Shown here piece by piece: positions 1 through 9,685 of a DNA stretch of 64,000 nt. The notes below the pieces were generated by a model. The model had not been told where the DNA came from. It made no database searches and saw only the letters and a list, made by a program, of their open reading frames with translations. Position numbers and translations under genes: made by a program. How positions within the stretch are numbered: the first letter of the stretch is position 1; every line of letters starts with the position of its first letter. This stretch comes from Synechococcus sp. (GTDB lineage: Bacteria; Cyanobacteriota; Cyanobacteriia; PCC-6307; Cyanobiaceae): NCBI GenBank assembly GCA_047285805.1, contig JBJBCN010000002.1:736001-800000 (forward strand), written 5' to 3'.

Positions 1-30
1 ATCCGCGTTGAAAAAGCCGATGCTGATGGA

Positions 31-819
31 ATGAGCGCAACCCCGTATTTCGAAGCCATTGCCGTTGAGGCCTGGCTCGGCTCCAGGCCCGTCTTCAAGG
101 ACTTAACCCTGACCTTGCAGCTCGGTGAACCCACGGTGCTGCTGGGTCCCAACGGTGCCGGCAAAAGCGCCTTGATCCAGTTGATCAGCCGCAGCCTCTA
201 CCCGGTTGTGAAACCAGGCTCAGCCCTCCGACTCTTCGGGAACAGCACCGTCAAACTCTGGGACCTGCGTCAACGGATTGGCTTTGTCTCGAGTGCTCTT
301 GAAGCCAGCTACATCACAAGCGTCTGTGCGGAAGATGTCGTTCTTTCGGGAGTCTTTGGCTCAATTGGTTTAGGGCTTCCCCAACAGCCCACAGGCCAAC
401 AGCGCGATCAGGCGCTTCAGCAACTCGAGCAACTCGGACTCAGCCATCTGCAAAGGCGCCCCTTTGGCGAATGCTCCGATGGACAACGCCGACGTTTGCT
501 ACTCGGTCGTGCCCTGATTCACCACCCGGAGGTTCTCGTTCTCGACGAACCGATCAACGGGCTGGACTTCAAGTCCAAACACGAATTGCTCGCAACCCTG
601 AGGCAGCTCAGCCACCAGGGGACCACGGTGCTGCTGGTGACCCACCAGTTGGATGCCGTCATTCCCGAGATCAAACACGCCGTTCTGATTAAGGAGGGGA
701 CGATCGTGGGCGATGGTCCCGTCGCGGAACTCCTCACCAGCGAATCGTTGAGCGCATGCTTTGACACCCCCATGGCGGTGTTGGAGCAGGGGGGCTGGAG
801 GCAAGCCGTCCCGCTTTGA
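31..819 (+). CDS. ABC transporter ATP-binding protein (ModF/iron-complex type)
   Basis: Walker A GPNGAGKS, variant signature CSDGQRRR, Walker B VLVLDEP, H-loop VTHQ. Confidence 0.9.
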   Translation: MSATPYFEAIAVEAWLGSRPVFKDLTLTLQLGEPTVLLGPNGAGKSALIQLISRSLYPVVKPGSALRLFGNSTVKLWDLRQRIGFVSSALEASYITSVCAEDVVLSGVFGSIGLGLPQQPTGQQRDQALQQLEQLGLSHLQRRPFGECSDGQRRRLLLGRALIHHPEVLVLDEPINGLDFKSKHELLATLRQLSHQGTTVLLVTHQLDAVIPEIKHAVLIKEGTIVGDGPVAELLTSESLSACFDTPMAVLEQGGWRQAVPL

Positions 820-914
820 AGCCATAAAAAACAGCCCATGTCGTGCTGTATGAGAGGGCTTCCTCGCCATCCAACCGAAGCCGGCAGCAGCAAGCGATAG
901 ATCAATCGACTCAA

Positions 915-2441
915 TCAGCGCAGCGTCGGGCTCACATCCTTCAGCGGGATCGAGGCATTGCCCCAAGGGCCAACCGATAGGAGCGGCTCGGCACCCTGAC
1001 GCGGCGGAAGCGCGTCCCCCGCGCCATAGGCAGCCTCGACCCAGCCCAACAGCAACGGACCAAGAACGCCGCCGTTGCTCTGGTCACCAGGGCGCAGATT
1101 GAAATGGTCACCGCCCTTCGCCAGGACGAGCTGGTGACCAAAGGGAATGGCCTGACGCATGGGATCGATCGCCTCAGGATCAGGGGGCACAACCCAGTCA
1201 TAGGTGCCGCTGACCACGAGCAAGCGGGCGCTGGTGGCCTGGAGTTCGGGCAGCGCAAACAGCAGCGACATCGGCGGTGAGACGGCCGCCGCCGCCACCA
1301 CCCGCTGATCATGCAGAGCAGCCTGCTTAACGCCCTCCAACCAGCTGCACTGGAGGGTCCAGCTCAAGTTGCGCTGCGGGTCGTCGATTTGAGGGCAACG
1401 GCTCTTCAAGGTTGCCGACTGGGGAACCAATCCGGCCTGCTGCAGAGCTGTTGTCGCTCCCCAGGAGTGGCCGATGACGACTACGGCATCCGCATTGACG
1501 CCGGACACCCCGGCGAGTTGACCGTTTTGAATTGCATCGGTGACGGCGCTGAGATCACGAAAACGCAGCGCGAGCTCGACGGGCTTAGGGGGAGGGACCT
1601 CACCAGTCAACATCTTCATCTGCTCCCTGTTGTCGCTGCCGGGATGGCGCGGCAAAGCGACCGTGTAACCGCTGGACGCCAGCAGCGTTGCCCAGGAGAC
1701 AAAGTTTCTAGGGCTGTCCCACAGCCCGTGAGAGATCAGGACCAACCGCCCATTGCCGCCCTGAGCGGGTTGCAGCAGCACCACCTCCAGAGGGGAGGAG
1801 CGATGGCTGACCGACAAACGAGCCTGGCGTTGACGGGTGGACAGTGCTTGCGTCGTCGGAGCTGGCGCGACGGGCAGCACCGCAGGGGCCGCCTGGGCGA
1901 AGAGGCGGTTGGCCTGGGTGCGCTGGGCCAGCATGCGGCCGAGGATCATGCGCACCTGGCCCAGGTTGAAGCGAATCCGTTGACCGGGGAGGGCTTCGAT
2001 CAGCTCCACCAGGGTGGGTTCACCCGTTTGAGAGTGGGCCATCGCCTGATGCAGGGCAGCCCGAAAGGTCTGACCGGACAGATCCGGACTCCGCCCCTCG
2101 ATCGTCCCCAGAGACGAGACCACAAGCAGGGCCTGCTCCAATAACGGTGAACCCACCGAACCGTCGGCCAAACGGGTCAGGGACATCGGGATGGGCCGCT
2201 GCAGAAGCTGAAGTAGGACCTGACTGACAGCCCCATTGGAGGCACGATCCAGTTCGGCGAGGTCACTGCGGCCGGCCATCAGGGCCTGGGGACTCTTCAG
2301 CTCACTCACCCGAACACTGAAGCTCGAGTCCAAGAGCGGCAGCTCGATCAGAACGTCTTCAATCGCCCGCGCGGGGAAACCCGTGGAGGCGGCCACCAGA
2401 CAACCCAGTCCAAGCCTCTGAAACCACTGGAGACTCGGCAC
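915..2441 (-). CDS. Alpha/beta hydrolase with N-terminal DUF1400-like domain
   Basis: Signal-like N-terminus, ISHGLW oxyanion motif, nucleophile elbow GHSWG, GGDHF catalytic His. Confidence 0.85.
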   Translation of the reverse strand: MPSLQWFQRLGLGCLVAASTGFPARAIEDVLIELPLLDSSFSVRVSELKSPQALMAGRSDLAELDRASNGAVSQVLLQLLQRPIPMSLTRLADGSVGSPLLEQALLVVSSLGTIEGRSPDLSGQTFRAALHQAMAHSQTGEPTLVELIEALPGQRIRFNLGQVRMILGRMLAQRTQANRLFAQAAPAVLPVAPAPTTQALSTRQRQARLSVSHRSSPLEVVLLQPAQGGNGRLVLISHGLWDSPRNFVSWATLLASSGYTVALPRHPGSDNREQMKMLTGEVPPPKPVELALRFRDLSAVTDAIQNGQLAGVSGVNADAVVVIGHSWGATTALQQAGLVPQSATLKSRCPQIDDPQRNLSWTLQCSWLEGVKQAALHDQRVVAAAAVSPPMSLLFALPELQATSARLLVVSGTYDWVVPPDPEAIDPMRQAIPFGHQLVLAKGGDHFNLRPGDQSNGGVLGPLLLGWVEAAYGAGDALPPRQGAEPLLSVGPWGNASIPLKDVSPTLR

Positions 2442-2477
2442 AGGTAGAGCGGCAACGTCTTCACCATCATCAAGGGC

Positions 2478-2942
2478 ATGACACAGACCCAGAGCCCACC
2501 CCAGTCCCCCGCTCCGGTGGAAGTGGCCTTGGCGGTTATTGAGCGCGAGGGGCTCTGGTTACTGCAATTGCGTGATGACATCGCCGGAATCGTTGCCCCT
2601 GGCTGCTGGGGCCTGTTTGGGGGCCACCTCGAGCCAGGGGAGTCGCCGGAGGAGGCCCTACGCCGCGAGCTCTGGGAGGAAATTCGACTGCAGCTGGGTG
2701 CCGTTGAGCCCTGGTACGTCTCGCGCAGTCCTGAAAAAATTCGACATGTCTTCCGAGCCCACCTGCAGACAACGCTGCACGCACTCGAACTGATGGAGGG
2801 GCAAGATCTGGCGCTCTTCCCACCCAACGCGCTGGCCTATGGCCAGGGGTTCAGCCCAACACTCCAGCAGTTCAGACCCCTGGCGGAATCAACGCTGGAA
2901 GCGCTCAGCCGGCATCAGGCGGACTGCTCAACGATGCGGTAG
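2478..2942 (+). CDS. NUDIX hydrolase
   Basis: Nudix box GGHLEPGESPEEALRRELWEEI. Confidence 0.9.
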   Translation: MTQTQSPPQSPAPVEVALAVIEREGLWLLQLRDDIAGIVAPGCWGLFGGHLEPGESPEEALRRELWEEIRLQLGAVEPWYVSRSPEKIRHVFRAHLQTTLHALELMEGQDLALFPPNALAYGQGFSPTLQQFRPLAESTLEALSRHQADCSTMR

Positions 2943-3550
2943 AAGCTGCGCTCATCCGAACAGCAAAGATCGGCGTAGTAACGCTCCAAGACGTCGTAGG
3001 CCGCGTCGTAACTGTCAAAGTACTGGCCGGCAATCGGATCCATGGGCTTCGCCGTCGCGTCCTGTTCGTCGAGGACGATGCGAAACACCGGTCGTTGAGG
3101 TTGCAAGCGATCCAGCAGGTCGCCAAAGCTGAGTCCCTCTCCAAAGGCGCGAATCAGGGGGTTCAAGCCAATCGACTGACGTTCGGGATGCAACTTGGCC
3201 ATGGGAACCAGCCAGAAACGCCACTGCTGCGGATCCAGGGGATGGTGCGGTGCAGCCCTGCTCTCTCCCAACAAACCAAACAACAGCGTGTTGGCCACGC
3301 CGCGGGGGATCTGGAACTGCACGCTGTTCGGCGTGGCCTGGTCGGTGGAGCTGTAAAACCCGGCCGTGCTGATCGAGATCTGCCAATCAGGGATTGGCAG
3401 CACCAGGGACTGAAGATCAGAGCTGGGCTTGGAGGGCCCCGTCTCCAGACCCAGACCGTTTAAGAGCAACCAGTGGCAGCTGGCTTCGCGAACCTCATCA
3501 GCCAGCAGATTCAGCGTGTTCCATTGCAAGAAGGCCGCGAGCTCAGACAT
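2915..3550 (-). CDS. Hypothetical protein, apparently two-domain
   Basis: ORF 2915-3667; ATG at 3550 (MSELAAF) overlaps the end of the upstream cupin pseudogene; acidic C-terminal segment FDSYDAAYDVLERYY. Confidence 0.6.
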   Translation of the reverse strand: MSELAAFLQWNTLNLLADEVREASCHWLLLNGLGLETGPSKPSSDLQSLVLPIPDWQISISTAGFYSSTDQATPNSVQFQIPRGVANTLLFGLLGESRAAPHHPLDPQQWRFWLVPMAKLHPERQSIGLNPLIRAFGEGLSFGDLLDRLQPQRPVFRIVLDEQDATAKPMDPIAGQYFDSYDAAYDVLERYYADLCCSDERSFYRIVEQSA

Positions 3551-4033
3551 CAAACAAGCTCCTCCAATGCGCTTCCTGTTGCACCGATTCAAGCTCCCCT
3601 TCAAGGGGAAACCCACTGAAGAAATCTTTATCCGCCAAGGGTTGGTAAGAACCCTGCTTGAGTTCAAGAATCACGGAATCGTCCGCCAGGGCGACCAGTG
3701 AATTTAAGGCGCCTTCGGCGAGTTGCAGACCGCGCACGGGTCCACCGCATCGAGTCGCTGCTTCTGAATGCAGAGGCCGTTCTCGTCAAAGAGCAGAACG
3801 CCGATCGAGCCCTGCAGAACCACAAAGCATTCGAATCCCTCGCCGGTTCCCTAACGGCAGTGGCGATGGGGCCGGACGTAGGTCCCGGGCTTCATGACAT
3901 TCAAGAAACGCTGCACCAGGTCACTCTCCTGATGCAAGTTGAAATTCATCTGTTGTCGTTCACTCTCGCGAGCTCGACCCGCCACCTGATCGAACAGGTC
4001 TTGATCAATCAGCTGCAGCACAGAAGCCGTCAT
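3543..4033 (-). pseudogene. WbuC-family cupin-fold metalloprotein, disrupted
   Basis: N-half NFNLHQESDLVQRFLNVMKPGTYVRPHRH; TAG at 3851-3853; same frame continues GEGFECFVVLQGSIGVLLFDENG; frameshift near 3745 into VRGLQLAEGALNSLVAL...LELKQGSYQP. Confidence 0.8.
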
Positions 4034-4203
4034 CGACAGGAGCTAGACATCAGCAACGGGTGGTAGCGATACGCACCGACAACCCAGACAAGCTCAGCGA
4101 ATTTGGATGGATCAAGAGGAGCAACCATGCCCGATTGGATCCGCCCCCTGATCGCCGTCGGCTTGACCAGCTGCAGTGTCGGTCTGTTCACGGCCCTCGC
4201 CGG

Positions 4204-4980
4204 CTAGGCCGCCAAGGCCTTCACGAGCAAAGACACACCCATCAGCAGACAGAGCACTTCGAAAGCTCGCTTGACCAGCTGAGATCCCCGCTTCAGTGCC
4301 ACGTGGGCCCCGAGGTAACCACCAGCCAAGGACCCCAGGAAGAGCATGGGCAACCAGCTCCAGGCGATTTGGCCCTGGACCCCGAGCGTGAGCGCGCCAG
4401 TCCCGTTCCAGAACAACCCCACCAAAATCAAGGTGTAGGCAACAGCCTTGCCGTAGTCCAAACCAAACCAACGGACGAGCCAGAGGGTGACAAAGAGCCC
4501 AGTCCCCGACGTCAGCGAGCCGTTGAGGAAGCCAATGGCCCACAGCACAACTGCTCCGAGCAGCGCGCGTCTCAGCGTCCATGGCCGTTCGCGAGCACTG
4601 GCACCGAGCTGCGGTCGGCAGGCGGAATAGGCCCCCAGCGCGATGGTCAACATTCCAAGCAACAGCGTTGAGAGCTGGGCCGGTAAGGCCAGGACCGTGC
4701 GGGCCCCGAGCCAGACCCCGGGTAGACCACTCAGAAGAATCAGAGCGGAGAGCCGCGCGTTGAGGCTGCTCTCCCGGGCATGACGAAGGCTGGCACCAAC
4801 CCCGAGGGAGACACTCGCCACTTTGTGGGTGGCCAAGGCCACCGGAAAGGGCAAGCCCAACAGGATCAAAGCCGGCAACTGGATCAAGCCAGCACCCCCT
4901 CCAGCGAGGGCCGAGAGGGCATTGGCGACAAGGGCCACCACCAGGAGCCCCAGCTGCATCCAGACAACCGTGAGGCTCAA
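4204..4980 (-). CDS. Sulfite exporter TauE/SafE family membrane protein
   Basis: ALAGGGAGLI and GSLTSGTG motifs, about 8 hydrophobic helices; TTG at 4980 overlaps the SDR stop (alternative ATG 4959). Confidence 0.85.
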   Translation of the reverse strand: MSLTVVWMQLGLLVVALVANALSALAGGGAGLIQLPALILLGLPFPVALATHKVASVSLGVGASLRHARESSLNARLSALILLSGLPGVWLGARTVLALPAQLSTLLLGMLTIALGAYSACRPQLGASARERPWTLRRALLGAVVLWAIGFLNGSLTSGTGLFVTLWLVRWFGLDYGKAVAYTLILVGLFWNGTGALTLGVQGQIAWSWLPMLFLGSLAGGYLGAHVALKRGSQLVKRAFEVLCLLMGVSLLVKALAA

Positions 4981-6017
4981 GGACGACTCCGAAAATGAAG
5001 AGAGAAGGCCGCACTCAGGGCATTCGCCCAGCGCAAGGGGAGATACTGCGCGAGGGCCGCGATCACACGGTTCAACCGCCCTGGCACCAGAACAACGCTG
5101 GACCCCTTGAGACCATGCTCGGTCCACTGCACGAGTTGATCCACCGTCAACCAAAACAGACCTGGCAGCCGCTGCATCCGCTCTTCAACCCCGAGCACCG
5201 CGTGAAATTCCGTGTGGACATAGCCCGGACAGAGGGCCATGACCCGGATCCCGCAGCCGGCATTTTCGGCCGCCAGCGATTGGGAGAAACGGATCAAATA
5301 GGCCTTGACCGCGCTGTATAGGGTGCTCCCGGGCAGCCCTGGGATCAGTCCCGCCAAGGAGGCCACGTTCAACACGCAGCCTTGCCTTCGCTGCTGCATT
5401 TCAGGCAGCAGTTGCCGCGTCAGCTGCGTGGGAACACGAACCATCAGCTGAAGCATCCCTTCCTGTTGATCCCAGGAGGACGCTTCAAAGGTCCCGCGCA
5501 AGCCAAACCCGGCGTTGTTCACCAAGGTCTCGACCCAAACCCCCTCGGCCGCAAGACGGGCCAACAATTGATCGACGGCTCGCGGGGCATTGAGATCCAG
5601 GGCCATGGGCACGACCCGCAGGCCAAACCGCTCCTTCAAGGCCATGGCCTGCGACTCCAAGCGGTCGCCGCGGCGAGCCACAAGCACCAGCACCTCACTG
5701 CGCGGAGCAAAGGAGACGGCCAAGGCTGCACCTATGCCACTGGACGCCCCGGTGATCAACGTGCAGGGGCGGGCCGCCAGATCCGAAACGCGGTCCAGCG
5801 CGGGCTGACGGTTTGGGCTGGCGGAGAGCTGATTGGCCAGCTGCAAACAGGCATCCATTTCCTGCCAGAGCAACTCCCGCCGATCGGAACTCACCGAAAA
5901 GGAGCGGTGGTGAAGATCGCGGCCGACGTAGCGCAGGGCGTCAATCAACCGGCGCCGGTCCTCTGGGGCGAGGGCCTCAACAGACCAGGAGTCATCGCTC
6001 GTTGGAGTCACACCCAT
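4977..6017 (-). CDS. SDR family oxidoreductase with extra N-terminal domain
   Basis: TGASSGIG, NNAG, YSAVK (YxxxK), CPG motifs; start chosen at ATG 6017 and uncertain. Confidence 0.88.
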   Translation of the reverse strand: MGVTPTSDDSWSVEALAPEDRRRLIDALRYVGRDLHHRSFSVSSDRRELLWQEMDACLQLANQLSASPNRQPALDRVSDLAARPCTLITGASSGIGAALAVSFAPRSEVLVLVARRGDRLESQAMALKERFGLRVVPMALDLNAPRAVDQLLARLAAEGVWVETLVNNAGFGLRGTFEASSWDQQEGMLQLMVRVPTQLTRQLLPEMQQRRQGCVLNVASLAGLIPGLPGSTLYSAVKAYLIRFSQSLAAENAGCGIRVMALCPGYVHTEFHAVLGVEERMQRLPGLFWLTVDQLVQWTEHGLKGSSVVLVPGRLNRVIAALAQYLPLRWANALSAAFSLHFRSRP

Positions 6018-6201
6018 TGCATCTCGAGGACCTGTGCCACAGGACACGGTGCCGAACGGGGGCCCCCTGTTCAACTAGGTGGATGACGCGCAATCAGCCG
6101 TGATCCCCGCCGGTTTGGTCATCTTGGCCACGCCTGGCGTCAGCTCGCCTGGGTCAGCGCCGCCGCCCTCGCCCTTGGGGGAGAACTATTGGCCTGATCC
6201 C

Positions 6202-6378
6202 CTACTCGTACATCCAGTCGAAGGATTCGGGGCTTGCGGACGGAGCCTGGGGCTGAGATCCACCAGCTCGCTCAAGGCTCAGCTCAATGCTTAGGGCCAT
6301 AGCCAAGACCAGGAGGCCACCGGCCGCTGCAAAAGCCTGGGGATGCTCCACAACGGAAAAGGCTTGTTCCAACACCAC
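6202..6378 (-). CDS. Possible small membrane protein (58 aa)
   Basis: Read by hand: VVLEQAFSVVEHPQAFAAAGGLLVLAMALSIELSLERAGG...FDWMYE; one hydrophobic stretch; not in ORF track. Confidence 0.3.
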   Translation of the reverse strand: MVLEQAFSVVEHPQAFAAAGGLLVLAMALSIELSLERAGGSQPQAPSASPESFDWMYE

Positions 6379-6489
6379 AAGGACGGGGACTCACCCCATC
6401 CCTAGCCACGCTGATCGCACCTGTCCCAGAAGGGACTGGCGCTGCCAAAAGAAGAGACTTAAGATTGCTTTCAGGTTTGAGATCAGGGA

Positions 6490-6648
6490 GTGAACGAAAA
6501 CAATCCCGTCCTGCAGTCCATGCGCCAGGAACTGCAAGAACTCAAGCTTCGCTATGGCAACGCACCCACGGATTTCAACCGCTACCAGCTAGTTCGCCAC
6601 GAGCAGCGGCTGGCCCAGTGGGTCCCGAATGAAAAGATTGGCGCCTGA
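6490..6648 (+). CDS. Small hypothetical protein (52 aa)
   Basis: Read by hand: MNENNPVLQSMRQELQELKLRYGNAPTDFNRYQLVRHEQRLAQWVPNEKIGA; host-like codon usage; fills the gap before the next gene. Confidence 0.65.
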   Translation: MNENNPVLQSMRQELQELKLRYGNAPTDFNRYQLVRHEQRLAQWVPNEKIGA

Positions 6649-6665
6649 GCGCAGTCTTGGACGGC

Positions 6666-7241
6666 ATGGAACCCAAAGCGATCCATCTGGGGCCAGGAGC
6701 CGACCTGCGCAAGAGCCTGGAGCAACTGGCCCAAAAGGAGCAGGCCGAAGGGTTTGTCCTGAGCGTTGTTGGCAATCTCAGCCAAGCCGCGTTTGCTTGC
6801 CCCGGCAGGGATCAACCAACTCTGCTCAGCGGTGAGCTGGAGATCATCACCCTGCAAGGAACGGTCTCGCCCAAGGGCGTGCACCTCCACCTGAGCTTCT
6901 CGGATGCTGAATGTCAGGTTTGGGGGGGCCACCTCGAGCACGGCAGCACGGTGCTGAAGGGCGCGGATTTGCTGGTGGGGCTCCTCCATCGCTCCAGTAG
7001 GGCGAGCCGCCCCATCGCGGACCATCACCCCCGCGTCCGGCTCGCGGTGGCTGAAGGCTGCCCCTGGTCCAGCCGTGCCATGCGAATGCTGCGCAGTCTT
7101 GGGATTCCCTTCGAGCTGGCCACACCCGAAACTGGTTCGGTGCCCCAAATCTGGATTGAGGGGACGATGATCGGCGGATACGAGGACCTGGCCGACTGGC
7201 ACGGCCAAGGAAAACTTGAGCGCTTCCGAACTGGCTTCTGA
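6666..7241 (+). CDS. PPC/DUF296 domain protein fused to a glutaredoxin-like domain
   Basis: LEIITLQGT, HLHLS, GGHL PPC motifs; C-terminal GCPWS, SVPQIWI, IGGYEDL glutaredoxin motifs. Confidence 0.85.
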   Translation: MEPKAIHLGPGADLRKSLEQLAQKEQAEGFVLSVVGNLSQAAFACPGRDQPTLLSGELEIITLQGTVSPKGVHLHLSFSDAECQVWGGHLEHGSTVLKGADLLVGLLHRSSRASRPIADHHPRVRLAVAEGCPWSSRAMRMLRSLGIPFELATPETGSVPQIWIEGTMIGGYEDLADWHGQGKLERFRTGF

Positions 7242-7806
7242 CACCGGCACCTGGCAGCTCCACACCGGAGCAGGCTGCCAACTCGTGATCGGGCGCTTTC
7301 CTCCCTTCGCCTACGACGCCTCCAGGGGCGGGGGGCCGGTGGTCCACGGCCCAACGGATGGACAGGGCTTGGTGTCGCTGCAGGTTCCATGTGACGGGCT
7401 CACGATTCCCCCCCTCGATGGGCAAACCGCTCGTCTGTTCGGGCTGCCTCTGCCCCCAGGGATCAGCGTCCAGATCAAGCCGGACCGGTTGGAGGGCTCC
7501 CTCAACCCCCGCAATGGGGAGCTGCAGTTGACCTTTCGCTCACGCTTTCGCTTCACCGTGGGACAGGCCAAGGCCCCCCTCTACAAAGCGTCCGATCTTG
7601 TCGTCGAAACGGCCTTGACCAGCGGGAGTGTTCAGGGCCAACGGCACCGTGGGCAGGGCCAAGCCCTCAATGGCGAAGGCCGGGGACGTCTGGTGGGGGT
7701 CGCCACGATTGCGCCCTGCCAGGACGGCTGGCTGAATGCCTTCCTCGGTCTCCCCGATGAAGCCCTGGCCGTCATGGACGTCCAACTGATCGGACCATGG
7801 TCCTGA
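7216..7806 (+). CDS. Conserved hypothetical protein
   Basis: 196 aa ORF overlapping both neighbours in an apparent operon; FGLPLPPG motif. Confidence 0.7.
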   Translation: MSASELASDTGTWQLHTGAGCQLVIGRFPPFAYDASRGGGPVVHGPTDGQGLVSLQVPCDGLTIPPLDGQTARLFGLPLPPGISVQIKPDRLEGSLNPRNGELQLTFRSRFRFTVGQAKAPLYKASDLVVETALTSGSVQGQRHRGQGQALNGEGRGRLVGVATIAPCQDGWLNAFLGLPDEALAVMDVQLIGPWS

Positions 7807-8348
7807 AATCAGAGCTCAAGGCAACCCTGCTCATCCCGGTCATCGTGCTGGGAATCGCCTGGATGCAGGAGGGGGTCGATCAGCTCCTGTTCGGGGGGCA
7901 GTGGAATCTGCCGATGGCTCCCGGGGGCCCCGCGCTGGGAATCCTGACGGCCCCGTTTAGCCACGGCGGTTGGGGGCATCTGCTGGCGAACAGCACCCTG
8001 TTTCTGCCGCTGTCCTGGATGGTTTGCTTCAAGAGTAAACGGGACTATCTCGCGATCTGGCTGGGCGTCTTCATCACCGCGATTCCCGTCTGGCTGTGGT
8101 GGCCTACAGGCAGCCACGGACTCTCGGGCGTGGTCTACGGCCTGCTCGGTTATCTCTTGCTGATTGGCTGGCTCGAGCGCCGGCCCCTCAGCCTGGTCCT
8201 CTCCCTGAGCGCCCTGCTGTTCTATGGCGGAGTCCTGCCGAGCTTGCTGCCGGTCTTCACCCCGGCAGGGGTGAGCTGGATCGGCCACGCCAGCGGCTTT
8301 GCCGGCGGCCTGCTCGCCGCTGCTGCGGTCTCACGATCACGACGATGA
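7797..8348 (+). CDS. Rhomboid family intramembrane serine protease
   Basis: HGGWGHLLAN, GLSG (catalytic Ser), WIGHASG (catalytic His), multiple TM helices. Confidence 0.88.
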   Translation: MVLKSELKATLLIPVIVLGIAWMQEGVDQLLFGGQWNLPMAPGGPALGILTAPFSHGGWGHLLANSTLFLPLSWMVCFKSKRDYLAIWLGVFITAIPVWLWWPTGSHGLSGVVYGLLGYLLLIGWLERRPLSLVLSLSALLFYGGVLPSLLPVFTPAGVSWIGHASGFAGGLLAAAAVSRSRR

Positions 8349-9439
8349 CTGGAGCTAAACGCCAACGGTCCTCGCTCAAGCCTCTGGGTCTCGCAACCCT
8401 GATGAGCGGGTTCGCCCTGGCCGCAGCAGCAGAACCTTGGGCACCGGGAATGGAGCCACCACCGGTGCTGGAAGCCGCCACTGCGAAAGAGGCCCAGGCC
8501 CTGGATGCCCTACGCGCTCCAGGCCAGCGCAAGCCCTATCTCAAAGCGGCCCACGATCTCCTGCATCGCCACTGGGGCACCCAGGTCAAGCCGCAGCTGC
8601 TCTTTACCGGAGACAATGCCAACGGCTGCGGGGTCAAGCGGGTGCAGCATCCGATGGCCTTCTATTGCCCACCCAGCAAGCAAATCGCGATGGCCCTTGA
8701 ACTGCGCAGAAGCGTCAGGGCCGCCAAAGGACTGAGTGATCGCTCCCTACTCCTGCTTGACCTTGCCGTCCTGGCCCACGAATGGGGGCATCACGTCAAT
8801 CGAGAGAAGGGGCTCGGCCCCTTCGGTGGAGGGATGGGTCTGACCGTGAAACAAGAGGAGTTGGCCGCCGACTGGCGAACGGGGGTCTTTCTCGGCTGGT
8901 TGATGCGTGTTGGCGCCCTCAAGGTTGATGACTACTCGCAGACGGCGAATCTCCTGTTTGAGATGGGTGATTACGAGCGGATCTCCCGTCAACACCACGG
9001 CTACCCGAAGGACCGCTTCCAGGCATTAACCCGCGGCTTGAGCACCCAATTGGAACCAGGGCAAACCATTGGCGAATGGACGGTCGACACCGCCGAGACT
9101 TTCAGCCGGCGCCTCCCCGAGGAACCGAGGGATGTCTTGGTCGGTACCCGCCGGTACGAGGTCCGGCGCTTTGAGATCGAACGAGGACAACAGATCGCAA
9201 CTAACCTGATCGGCGGGCTGCTTGGGGCCGCAAGTTGTGTCTGGGGAAGTCAGAACCAGTGCGTCGGGATGGCGATGCAGCAGGGGAAAGGACGGGCCTT
9301 GGGGAGTTACACCGAGCAGGATCTCACCGTCTGGTGCAACAGCAGGACCTTTGATGTCAGTGCCGATGACTTCGACCCCCAACCGGTCGAGAACGACGGC
9401 AAAGGTCAGGCGCGCATATTGGCCTCGAGGGACTGCTGA
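8345..9439 (+). CDS. Secreted neutral zinc metallopeptidase-like protein
   Basis: Signal peptide, AFYCP, VLAHEWGHH (HExxH), ELAAD, HHG motifs; ATG at 8345 overlaps rhomboid stop (ATGA). Confidence 0.8.
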   Translation: MTGAKRQRSSLKPLGLATLMSGFALAAAAEPWAPGMEPPPVLEAATAKEAQALDALRAPGQRKPYLKAAHDLLHRHWGTQVKPQLLFTGDNANGCGVKRVQHPMAFYCPPSKQIAMALELRRSVRAAKGLSDRSLLLLDLAVLAHEWGHHVNREKGLGPFGGGMGLTVKQEELAADWRTGVFLGWLMRVGALKVDDYSQTANLLFEMGDYERISRQHHGYPKDRFQALTRGLSTQLEPGQTIGEWTVDTAETFSRRLPEEPRDVLVGTRRYEVRRFEIERGQQIATNLIGGLLGAASCVWGSQNQCVGMAMQQGKGRALGSYTEQDLTVWCNSRTFDVSADDFDPQPVENDGKGQARILASRDC

Positions 9440-9442
9440 GGG

Positions 9443-9685
9443 TTAGCTGGAAAGCCAGACGAGCTCAAGCGCCAGCTTGTCGGCCAGAGCGAAGTCTATG
9501 GCTTGCAAATGATGGAGTGCCAAGGCCCGGTGCTGGATGGGCAGGCGTCTGAGGTCGGCAACCGCCAGCTCCAGACAGCGTTGATCGAGCTCGAGATTCA
9601 CATAGGTTGAGCAGCGAACGGATCGAACCGTGGGGCGACAGGGGCATCCAGCGCGGAAGGCCAGATCCGCAGCTAGCCCCCTCAA
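9443..9685 (-). CDS. Hypothetical protein
   Basis: 80 aa ORF coupled to the Nif11-like gene. Confidence 0.5.
   Translation of the reverse strand: MRGLAADLAFRAGCPCRPTVRSVRCSTYVNLELDQRCLELAVADLRRLPIQHRALALHHLQAIDFALADKLALELVWLSS

Noticed and set aside
1311..2144. Long antisense ORFs (also 24700-25578, 35656-36471, 62876-63700 and others)
   Set aside because: Shadow frames opposite well-supported genes, expected in GC-rich DNA; no motifs.
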